64,000 nt of DNA from Epiperipatus broadwayi (Eukaryota > Animalia > Onychophora). The notes below the pieces were generated by a model. The model was not told the origin of the DNA. It worked only from the letters and a program-made list of their open reading frames with translations, and searched no databases. Positions 1 to 11,103 of this stretch are shown piece by piece. Each line of letters starts with the position of its first letter. The stretch's first letter is position 1. A program made the translations under genes and the position numbers. The stretch spans positions 16,988,001-17,052,000 of the forward strand of contig JAQFVV010000006.1 of assembly GCA_028023455.1 (NCBI GenBank), read 5' to 3'.

Positions 1-167
1 AAACAATATATAATGTAATTACCGAAACACACAGGCTTATTATATACCTGTGTCTATATATGTAATATATAGGGTATATGAGCACAGACTTTCACATGAC
101 CCACCACTCTCCACACTATCTCATAACACTGATACACTTGAACACATATATGTTGAAAAGATAAATA

Positions 168-218
168 ATCACCAATATACATATTTCATGCTAATCCAGC
201 AATCATCAGTTGGTCCAG
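168..218 (-). ncRNA. Type I hammerhead ribozyme, variant copy A
   Basis: Reverse complement reads ctggaccaa CTGATGA ttgctggattagcat GAAA tatgta TA ttggtgat. Core boxes are intact. The base of stem II is U-U instead of G-C. Confidence 0.75.
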
Positions 219-400
219 GTTACCATCTCTACACATATATGCTGTAAGTGCTCAGATATATATTAAGATAGCCAAACCTCATACTTTAATGGAGGAGTTG
301 GAGTGTGGAGTAGATTGAAGCCTGTCCATTAAAGTGTGAGTTTTGGATATCTTAAAATATATCTGAGCACTTAGAGCATATATGTGTAGAGATGGTAATC

Positions 401-449
401 TGGACCAACTGATGATTACTGGTTTAGCATGAAATAGGTATATTGGTGA
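401..449 (+). ncRNA. Type I hammerhead ribozyme, degenerate copy B
   Basis: tggaccaa CTGATGA ttactggtttagcat GAAA taggta TA ttggtga. Stem II is weakened. Confidence 0.7.
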
Positions 450-456
450 TTATTTA

Positions 457-960
457 TCTTTTTTCTCAAAAGTAACCTTTATTAATCAAAAGATTACAAA
501 AAATTATCGGGTACACTTATCCGTGGAGGATTACAAAGTGTTCAATGTTACAAAGCAAAACAATTATTGACCAGGTTTACAAAGTACGTGCGCTCAATAA
601 CAAATATATCCATAAAAGGGTTGTATAGTTTTGCTTAATGTGTATCTATTTGTGGATGAGCACAATCTGCACTGCCCAAAAACAATCCATAAAGGGGGTG
701 CAGCAGCACATTAGAGTGAAAAAGGTGCTGAAAACATAGACCCTGTACCCTCCCGGCAGGTTTTCCTGGCAGCGGCAATAATCATCACCAGCCTGCACCC
801 ATAAACCAGACCCCCAATGACGCCATCATTAATCCCTGTGGAAGAAATGAGGAGTGCAGACCCTTGCCCGCAAATATTACAACAAAACTCAATTACTGTT
901 ACAAAGATGATATTTCTAGCTGGAGTGTCTATCATCCAGTGATATCATCCTGCACACTGA
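457..960 (-). mobile_element. Possible 3' end of an L1/Tx1-like non-LTR retrotransposon
   Basis: On the minus strand a GC-richer ORF remnant (CNICG...IIAAARK) is followed by a T-rich UTR, AATAAA and an A-run that abuts HHR copy B. Protein similarity is weak. Confidence 0.3.
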
Positions 961-3090
961 GGTCAATGGAGCTGAACATCTGCCCTTAATCATTATCAAA
1001 TGCCTGTGTCTGCAAATATTCACAATAGCTGCTCAACCTACCAACCAAAGTCCTTCAGGGTTCGCAGTGATTTTTATTTGTCGATACTAATTGGATCCTG
1101 CTTCTTTTGATTGAATTTCAGGTCTTGATTAGTAATCATTGATTCAAATATAATCTGAAAGTTTGTTGTTAAACCTTGGAAAATTCTCAATAATTATTGC
1201 TTAAAAAAGTATGAATAATTTGCAGCTTCAGTGTCTGTTTAGGTCTAAAACATCATTTGTACCCATTTTTGTTTTTAAATCATTATTTTTTAGCTCAGGA
1301 ATCACTTCATTGTAATTCTGGGTTGGTTTGAAATTGGGGGGGGGGGCAATCCACCAGAAGGGGGGGGTAACTTCTGATCTGATCATTGGAGAAACCTGAT
1401 TTTTGTGCAGAGAGATAGCTTAGGTTATTTTCTATAATGTTCAATTCTAAAATTGAGATCGAATTAACATTTAAAACTTGCTTAACACTGCTAAAATCTG
1501 ATGCAAAGATAAATTTCCTAAAACCATCATTGTCAACAAATTATATTCCACGTTTTCTATGAGATTTGATGTCCAAATAAATTTCCTATTTAATCTATCA
1601 ATAAAATTAGGATTTCTAGTGTCTATTCTTTTCAGAATTATTTGGTTTCATTTAAAATTATTTTTCAAAGGTTTATAATATTCTAATGATTCAAAGAATT
1701 ACTTAAGCTAGCTTTTGTCTATTTCTAATAGCACCATTTGCATAAAACAGAATGATAGATAATTTCAATTATCATTGAATGAAAACTGTTCCAAAACTTC
1801 TTCTAAAGATGAAAAAGCTCTAAAACAGATATTCACTTACATCTTGGTAAACTTTTTTTCTATGAATCCAACAATGGACTATGACTTTGATGAACAAAAC
1901 AGGGAGCCTGAAACAGTGAAAACTGGAGTCCTAGGCTCCCTCTAGTGTGTTCAAATGTAATTGTAAATATCAGAGCTTTTTGAAATTGTTAATGAAACTG
2001 TAAATAAGAAATAATAACTTAATTTTCATTAAGAAAATAGCAAACAGTAACAAATTACTAATACAAAATTCACCAATGAATAAAGGCTATACTATTACTA
2101 TAAAAATATATTTGAAAATAGATGAGAGATAGTTCATGATAGTAGAAAACTGATACAAACTTTAGGCTACATGTGTTTACAGCCTGAGATAAATAGATAA
2201 TAAAGTACTTCAAATGTTGCCATGATAATCTACCCTTTCCTTTATAATCAATTTAATCAGCCCCATTTCGATATTCTAAGAAGTATATGTTAATGGTAGA
2301 GTTTTTAAAAATAAAAATAAAAAAGTACTTTTTTTGAGTTTTGAATCATTTATAGATTTTAAATATATGTAAAGGAGAAAATGATGTTTCATTTTGAGTT
2401 ATAAAATTTTATTATGTCTAAAACTTTAATTATAGCATGTTTTCCCCATTGGAACTCATAACGAAGATTTATCTTTGATAAATAAATAAAACAAGTATTC
2501 TACAAAATATCTCTTGTAAAGTATAAAGATATTCGAAAAGTTAAAATAAAGAATACTTTTTTAAAGGATTAAATAATTCATTTATATTTATTCCGGTACT
2601 TCACAAAATAAAAATCATACATGTTTGTAACCAGAAAACTACATTTATTATTATAAAAATCAGGAGTAGGAAATAATTTACCCTTCTGATTTGTTTATTG
2701 TAATATAAATTGTTTTGAACTGTTCCTTGTTGAGAGGACATAAAGAAGTTCAAAGTGTGACGTCATCATGACATTTTATATATAGCAAAAGGATTTATTT
2801 ATTTATTGTGACTAAAGTCAAAAAACTTAGAAATGTCAGAACACTATACCAATACCTTTTCTAAACATTCTTAAATGTGTAAAGTATAATTGTTTTCTTG
2901 GCTTAGTTATTTATTATATTATAGAGTAAATGAATAATTTATTTATGAATAATTGACGCTCTTTTTTTAATCAACTAAGAGGCAAAAATATCTGAATGTT
3001 TTACAAATTCTTTGTAAAATGTGCTTAGTTGTTTGAGTCACTATTTACTTGTTTTGTTGCTTTTTTGATGGTAGGATGCTTTTCTTTATA

Positions 3091-3171
3091 CATGTAATAT
3101 AGGGTATTTGAGCCCAGACTTTCAAGTTCAAAAGTCTGTGTTCAAATCTCTTATATCTAGATTCCAGGTAT
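3091..3171. mobile_element. Minimal head-to-head pair of HHR-family 3' termini
   Basis: The reverse complement of the terminal motif (gaaagtctgggctcaaataccctatattaca) directly abuts the forward motif aaagtctgtgttcaaatctcttatat. Confidence 0.7.
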
Positions 3172-3452
3172 GTAAAATATAATTGTTTTTAAAATATTAT
3201 TTTACATGAAATATATATTTATAGATATATTTGTTCATACTAAGTTTCAAGTCTAAAACCTAGATAATATGAAATTTACATTGGTTATACTTTTACAAGT
3301 TATTTGGTTTGTCAATGTGCTAATTATATTGATACATTTCATAATTACATATGAAATGAATGAACAATGCAGGATTTGCTATGGTTTTCTTGCAAAAGGC
3401 AGAGCTCACTTACATTATAAAGATTATGTCCAATGATATTGCATATTACTTC

Positions 3453-3930
3453 TATGAGATAGAGTGGAGAGTGGTGTGAAAGTCTTGTGCTCATATACCC
3501 TATATATTACATATATTGATACAGGTATATAACAAGCCTGTATTTCAGTTATTACAGAGTAGAGATGTCTGCCCATCTCTTGTATATGTATTAAATGGAT
3601 TATGATCTGTACATGGGGGGTCAGATTGACCTTAGATCAACATGGGTGTGATGAGAATCTTGGCCTCAGGGTGGCCTTTGAGCATTCCCAGATTTTCAAT
3701 TGGATGGACAGTTGAAGAGTTGGAGTGTGGAGTAAATTGAAGCCTGTCCATTAAAGTATGAAGATTGGCTATCTTAATATATATGTGTAGAGATGATAAT
3801 CTGGACCAACCGACGATTGCTGGTATTGGTCATTATTTATCCTTTCAACATGTGTTCAAGTGTATCTGTGTTATGAGATAGAGTGGCGAGTGATGTGAAA
3901 GTCTGTACTCATATACCCCTATATTACATA
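3453..3930 (+). mobile_element. HHR repeat family copy C, ~1.1 units, ribozyme core deleted
   Basis: A ~58-bp direct repeat at 3453 and 3872 gives a 419-bp period. The ribozyme is reduced to ctggaccaa ccgacga ttgctgg|tattggt at 3801-3830. Confidence 0.85.
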
Positions 3931-4256
3931 AAGAAATGTAATGTCGATAGTTTCATTGAGAATAAAATATGATAGTATAATTATGGTCAAACTTATTTCT
4001 AATATGCTCGTTGGCAAGTGGCTGTTTCTTTTGCCGCCGATGAATTGTTTTCTTTATAAATAATCTCATAGGCTTTTCTGTCGCTAGTTTGTTATGACTA
4101 ATTATCTTTATTTTATTACTTTGAGTACGTTTTTTTTTTTTTAAAAAAAAAAGAGGTGAAATCTTTTCACCTTTATTTATTTCTATATTAGCCATCTGTT
4201 GATAATAAATTCAATTATAAATAAATGGACAGTTGAAAACTTTAACGAGATTTTAA

Positions 4257-4409
4257 GTTGTAAAAGACCTAGAAAGAGACCGCATGTGAGATGGATGGAT
4301 GAAATAAGGAAATGTGCTGGGGTGATGTGGATAAGAGAGGTTAGCGATCGGAGAATATGGATTGAACTTGGAGAGACTATCATCCTGCAGTGAATTGATG
4401 ACGATGATC
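4257..4409 (+). mobile_element. RTE-clade LINE 3' end fragment
   Basis: Translates KRPRKRPHVRWMDEI...W and ends in a (GAT)n tail. Homologous to 42470-42628. Confidence 0.85.
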
Positions 4410-7400
4410 ATTAGTTTTTTAAAAATTTCTGCAAATAATGAATATAACTATAAAATGAATGATAGTTTCTCGGCAGACGATAATTTTAGATTTTACAGTT
4501 ACATATTTTTTTTTTTTTTTTGAAACCTGACAGGTATTTGGTAGTTATTTTTCAAATACCCATCAAAAATTTTCAATTTTTTTTTTGTTTTTAATTTGCA
4601 TTATTAAAAAATTTCAACAACACTTTTGTTTATTTGCCGAGAGATCACGTGAGAAGAGATCATGTAATTGCTGAGTGATGAAATTGAAATGGCCCATTGG
4701 GCCAGCCATTTCAACCAATTAATCAAAATGATGTTTTAAAATTTTTTGTCCAACTGAGATTCATTCCAGGAATATTTAGCTTTCGACTACCTGCATTTTC
4801 GTTGCAAGACCCACTCGCCAGGACTAGGATATTTTTCATTTACGATTTTTGTTCGTACAGCATAATATATAATATAATTTCATACGTAATTATAGCTATT
4901 GATGTTTTATGCGATATTATTGTAAAATTATTCCAAAAAGCTGTTTTAAATAATAGTATATTGATAGAAGTTTTATGTACATATGTTTAGAATGCCATCA
5001 CCCCCCCCCCCAAACAACTGAACATCCTTTTCTTTTTAAGTTTATATATCTGGATAGCGAGATTAATGACTCATAAAGCAGTCGAACACTTGTAATTTAA
5101 AATATTTTCTGGCTTATTAAATTGTCTACGTGTAAGCTCAAATATTTATGTAAAATTCCCCGTTGAAAATTTGAATTTGGGGGGGGGGGGAGACACTCAT
5201 AGTTGAGTGCCTTTGCTCACCAGGTATTTAATACAATTTAACACATCACGTATTTAGAATTAATAACAAATCAAATATTAACAGTGAACTTTGACGTTAG
5301 ACGTAAAAATGTGTATATAAATGCACACATACGCTCGAGTTTACTGCTGGAAGCGATTTTTTTTAAAAAAGTGTTCATCTTAAAATTAACGCAAAAGATT
5401 GCTGAGGCGAAGAAAGAATGGCTACATACCCCATTTACCGATCAATAATTGGATGATTATTTGTGCTGGCCGTTGAGTCAGTTACCTGAAGTATATAGTG
5501 CATTTCATTTAGTTTCCTTCACTGCTTGAAATATTTCCATATTTTCTAGTTTCGAACCCTATATCGTGAGCATGGCGGTCAGTGCAGTAGTCAGTACATT
5601 GAGATTTTTCTTTGTTCTTATATATACACGTATAAAATAAACATAGCTTTCATTATTACAAAGAATATAATGTACTGATATTTAGCAAAGAAAACGTGAC
5701 TATTCCATTTTATGTATTACCCGTCTCCCTCATTGATCATAATGAGACTAGCCCATTTCTGGCGATGCTCGCTGCAGTTTATTGTGCCCGAGTTGAAAGA
5801 GTGAACAGGACTAGCTGCAGCTACTCCGTGTACAAAGAAAAGTAGATTTGTTTGTATATTTTTTTCATTTTAAAAAATCCTTTCTTACAAATCTGAAATT
5901 TCAAGCACCTTTTTAAAAAGGTTGAAAACTAGTTGAATTTTAATGACTTAAGACGGATATAGTTTGCGAAATTGTTTTTTAACTTTCGGCTGTAATAAAT
6001 TATTCTAGCCCCCGGATTAACATTATTTTGGATTTAAATTACTCTGTTACTGGAATCTCTTTATACCTGGATGTCTTTTATTTTGGTGAGTGGATTATAT
6101 GCTAGACGTATTGTTAACTTGAGTAAATCATTACCGTTTGCTATTTTAAATGGAGATTATTTATGGGTGTCTTTTATTTAAAGAAATTCGACGGCATCTC
6201 ATTTTTACATAGGCTATATAAATAATCCAAAGGATCTTAATCTGCTTTTAGGTATATAATTGTATGTTTGTGTATCATATATACTAATAAATACTTTCAT
6301 TCGCCGTTGTTGAAAAAAAAAAAAAAAACATCAACAAATTGGGATTTACGTTCATTTTTTTTCTGGTGAGTTTTAAAATTTAATACTACAATCATTTTCG
6401 TTTATGTTCTATATGCGCTTATTAACTTATGTTTACTAAGACTCGCGCGCGCACATATATATACAAGTGTTAATGTAAGCAAATATTCAGGGTTGTGATA
6501 TATTCTCTATATGACAAAATTCTAATGACGAGAGCAAATTATTTTATTTTTAATAGTCCGGGAAATCCGTATCAAGACAAAATATTCTGTAGTGAATTTA
6601 TTATAATCATTTTTGTGGAATTTTTGTCTACAGACGATATAACTGCTTTTCGACGGGTAAATAGATGTAAAAGGAATTTATGAGATCGCTCGAGAATATA
6701 AAATATGTTGGGTAAGCTCATAGACGTGTGTGAATGTATGCTGGATAGTAAATGCATTTCAATATAAAAGTAAAAAAAAAAACATATCATGGAGAAAAGA
6801 AAAAAAAGATAGATTTAACAAAGCGTTAGTAACTATAATATATGCAAACACACGTAATAATTTTTTAGGCTGTTTCTTTTTAGAGTATTTGTCCACAAAT
6901 GCATAATTCTTTTGTTTCTTGCAACCTCATTATGACGACTTAATAGTGTGGATATTATTTCTCCAAATATTAACGGATAACGAACAATACAGAAACCGCA
7001 TTTGACACCTCACTATAATTTTAATAGTTTGTATATATGTGTATGTAATTGCATTTTATACGCATTTGTATATACATGCGCATACATGTACTGTATGTAT
7101 TATAAATTCTTGTGCTTCGTTTTTAAATTTATTTTTAATATTTTATTAAACTTGCAGCTTGTATTTTCCTTTATAAGAGGTTTATTTTTTTTTTATATGG
7201 CGTACTCGTTTCCCCCCCTCCCGAATCTGTTGTTTGCTAACATTTGCAGTACTTTTCTCTCCATTTGGCTTTTTTTTTTCTTGTCAACAGTAAACAAAGA
7301 GAATCCGTAAAGTGTGTTTACATTGTGGTCTGGTCATCTTTTTATTACACGGACTCTTTATGTAGGAACAAGACTTGAATTAAACGAAGATAATCTCTCT

Positions 7401-8119
7401 CATCTTTACTTCTATCTATCCATTACATTTATTTTATTTTTTGTTCCAGAAAAACTGCATCCAAAAGTCTTTTAATGGTTCTTGACAAAGAAATCAATGG
7501 ACCTTATTAGAAAAAAGGGAAAACCCAATGGCTCCATAGAGTAAGGCACTTGATTATAATCAGAGAATTGATCAAATGAGTAAGGGCAGATTTTTGTTTG
7601 AAGTTGAAAGAAGGTCATAAAAAAAAAAAAAAAATCTTCCACAAAGGAACATATGTTAAATCTGTATAGCTGGATACACACTTAGCCTCGGGCTAAAATC
7701 ACTACCATCTGGGATTTAGAGTAGGAGGAGGGTCAAAGAATTAAAACAGTTTTTGAAGAAATAAAAGATCAGCGAGATTTTTGTAAATGTTGTATTTAAT
7801 AATAACAACAACAGCCAAAAAATATTTAACATATATGTAGTAGAAATTTCTGATGTGAGAAAATCGTGTAATGCCATTTTAAAAGCGATGTAAATGTTTT
7901 AAATCTCTCTATGAAAAATCATGTTTACCTAGGGAAGCAATTATGTTTTACTGTTTGTTTTTATTTTAAGAAGTAAAACAAAAAATTAATTTTAAAATTG
8001 GAAAGAAGCCAAGGTTTTAAAAACTATATGCATTTTCTTTATAAAACTGAAATTAGTTTCTTTTATTGATAAAAAAATAAGGCCAATGTTTTCAATGTAC
8101 TAACTATTATTAATCGAAT

Positions 8120-8465
8120 GGCTGGTCGCTTCGAAGATCATGTGACTTTCGAGCACCGGAAGTAATAGTCTATCTGTGAACTATGGATTTTTAGCTCTCG
8201 ATGCCGCCATTTTACTACGGGAAATACTATATTTATTTTTAAAAATGTGCGCGCGTGAATACTAATAGATATATTTCTTAGAATTATCTGTCACGAAAAA
8301 GCAAAAAAATAAAATCTCGCTTATTGTTTTTAATAAACATTATCTTTAGTTATAAGTAACTCATTACGCCGGTACGAGCAAAAGCTTTCTGAATAATTTC
8401 TGATTGAGGAGAGGGGCATTTTGCGTTATATCGCCGTGAATCGCAATCCGATTTCACCGTACAAT
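8120..8465. promoter_or_regulatory. CpG-retaining promoter-like region with ETS and YY1-type motifs
   Basis: accggaagt at ~8155, gccgccatttt at ~8203 and gtgcgcgcgtg. CpG is locally frequent compared with the CpG-poor remainder of the window. Confidence 0.4.
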
Positions 8466-9495
8466 AGTACATCTAACTAAAAATAATATTCTTAATAGTT
8501 TTTTCCCCATTATACTATGACCAGTGATAGTCTGAAAGCCCCCCACCCCCAATAACCCAAGCCCCATTAATTAATATTGCCCGCCAAACAGATTACCATA
8601 AATGATAAAAACGGAGAAGAAAAAAAATGTTTTAGTGTGTGTATGAATTAAATGAATAAATAAAAATCATTTCATATTACTTTATTATATTTTTGATTAC
8701 TTCTACTGCAGTTTTTATTAGAAGCTCGGCCTATTTTGATTAGAGGATTGGATTACCTTACATTCAAATATACATAAATCTAAAAGTTCAAATTCCTCGC
8801 TAGCTGTCATTGGCCATGCCTACAGCAGCGGAGAATAATGTATTTGATCAAATACCAAGTTTGATTTTTTCTATAAACATTTAGCAATTTCAAATAGATT
8901 ACTGAAATAACTCAACATGACGTGCAAAGTTATATATAAGAGATACACACGATTAATAAAAAAAAAATACCTTGCTTTTTAATAAATAAAATCCGTATAA
9001 ATGTTTATATTAGTTTGAAAAGATATTGGGAATGGGCCGCACTCAAAAATAGATTTTTTCTTAAATCTAAGACGTGAAATTCTATTAGGATTAAGATAAA
9101 TAGTATTAAACTTTCTATAGCATAGTTAATTCAAGTGCTTTTAAATAAAATGCTGATTTACATTATTTTGCACTCTATGAATATGAAAATATTATTAATC
9201 AATCTTAAGCATAGTTCTTTTTTTATTTTTATTTTGACTGCAGCTGTCATATTTTGATACACCATAAATTAAGCTGTTGATTGACACTTTATTAGCATAT
9301 AGTTTATTCATGTTTTCTTTATCCTTATCTAAAACCAAATTTAGAATTGGGTAGAAAGCTTTTTTTTTTTTTGCGCTTTGAATCGGAGAAATATACAATT
9401 TTTTATAGTAACCAAAAAGAATGTTCATTCTAGAGAAGGAGGAAGTATTTCTCAAATTACATTCCTTGTATTATATTAAATAAGTTATTTCAACT

Positions 9496-9596
9496 GCTAT
9501 TGGTGGTCGAGAGGTCAGCGACAGCTGCTTTACAAGCAGTTGTCCCGAGTTAGCGGGTTCGCTTCCCGGCTGATGCTATGACACATGAGAAAAAAA
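9496..9596 (+). mobile_element. tRNA-derived SINE, copy 1
   Basis: A-box tggtggtcgagagg, anticodon arm gctgc-tttacaa-gcagt, B-box gggttcgcttccc and an A-tail. Four copies in the window. Confidence 0.85.
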
Positions 9597-9696
9597 TGCT
9601 ATTTTTTTTCTCTCTTTACAGACATTGCTTACACTTAACAATTTTTATAAGTCGTTCATTAGATTACAGATTATCCAATAATGGATAATATTTGTA

Positions 9697-9990
9697 TAAT
9701 GTAATTTTCACTACACCACTCAAACAAGGTAGGGACTAGTTAATTATCAATTAAAGTGTAATAATTTGGCTTTATATATATATAATGAACAACGGTAAAA
9801 ATATGTGTAAGAGATTGTGGTCCGGGCCAATTGATGAGTGCTGATTCAGCACGAAATGTGTATCTTGGGGATCATATATCTTTTTCATATATCTTTGGGC
9901 ATATGTTTTATGATTACATCCTTCTCCAAGTTGTTAAAAGTGGATAGAAACCAATCCCTATCTTGTGTGAGAGGAGTGTAGTGAAAATTT
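9697..9990. mobile_element. Divergent HHR-family insertion D with an inverted copy of its 3' end
   Basis: 9800-9890 is homologous to the family core. 9702-9738 is an inverted repeat of 9953-9989. Confidence 0.7.
9822..9874 (+). ncRNA. Type I hammerhead ribozyme copy D (C3U variant)
   Basis: ccaa TTGATGA gtgctg-att-cagcac GAAA tgtgta TC ttgg. Stem II is a perfect 6 bp. Confidence 0.8.
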
Positions 9991-10854
9991 CACTACAGAA
10001 ATATCCATTATTTACAACTTGTCTGCTTATTCATTTCATGGCTTTTTACATAAGGTGAATTCTACTAAACTTATATTTTTATCTTCAAATGCATTTTTCT
10101 ATTAGTCATAGAGCAGATATGACGATAAGCACTTCAGTTTATCCGAACTGAGAGCTGTGTTGCCTTAGATAACATATTTTAATTTTTAAAAAAGCCATGT
10201 ATATATCCAGGAATTGTTTACATAAATCATATTGACATAAGTATAGCCTGCCATTGCTATGTTTGAACTGACTTAATGTAAAGCTATGACAAAAGATTTT
10301 TATTATAATTTTATGAATTATATCATTAGGTTCACGCAGTTGGTAGAGCATCCGACTTCAGATCAGGTGATCTAAGAATCAATTTTGGTGCTCAAACATC
10401 TTATGATCTCCTTAGCCGTTAGCATTTTTTTCATATTAATAGCATAAAGGGCCTTCTTATTTAAAATGACAGTTCATATTAAAGAATTAGAAAACAAACA
10501 TAGAAGAAAAAAGATTAGATTCAAAACTGTTATGCTTAAATTAAAGTTAAGGTAGAAATGTGAGTGTACACACATGCTTTTGCATGCAAATCGATGATCA
10601 CTCATCTGAGAAGCTCACGACAAATGAGCCTCGATCTAATGTAGATAATTGAAGATCTTATGAAATAAAAATGGAAAGAGAACCAGAGAAAGAGTATTTA
10701 TAAATGTTAGTAATGACGATAATTTTCAATCATTTTTCAACAATCGTATATATAAATTTGTATTATATATACAAATTTTAATAAAAAATAATTGCAATAA
10801 TCACAAATTGCTGTTAGTGTCTAAAATTATCAATATAAGCTTAAGTAATCAATG

Positions 10855-11103
10855 ATTTGGAATTGGGCTGGACGTATTGCTAGAAGAGATGATAATAAAT
10901 GGATACTTGAAATCTTAAACTGGATTCCAAGAGATTGTAAAAGACCTAGAAAGAGACCAGTTGATGTGAAATAGATGGATGGAATAATGAAGTTTGCTGG
11001 TGTGGAGAAGAGAGGCTAGAAATTTGAGTTGGAGTGAACTTGGGGAGACCTGGGGAGACTTTCATCTTACAAAGTATTGATAATGATTGAAAATGATGAT
11101 GAA
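10855..11103 (+). mobile_element. RTE-clade LINE 3' fragment
   Basis: Translates W.WAGRIARRDDNKW..EILNW.PRDCKRPR and ends in a GAT-rich tail. Confidence 0.85.

Larger units (their letters stand above)
14..463. mobile_element. HHR repeat family, head-to-head inverted pair (minus copy ~14-291, plus copy ~292-463)
   Basis: ~157-291 is an inverted repeat of ~324-463. Both arms are homologous to 3453-3930 and 58220-59264. Confidence 0.85.

Noticed and set aside
1898-1942. Small hairpin agggagcct...aggctccct
   Set aside because: A single 9-bp stem with no family or ribozyme core.
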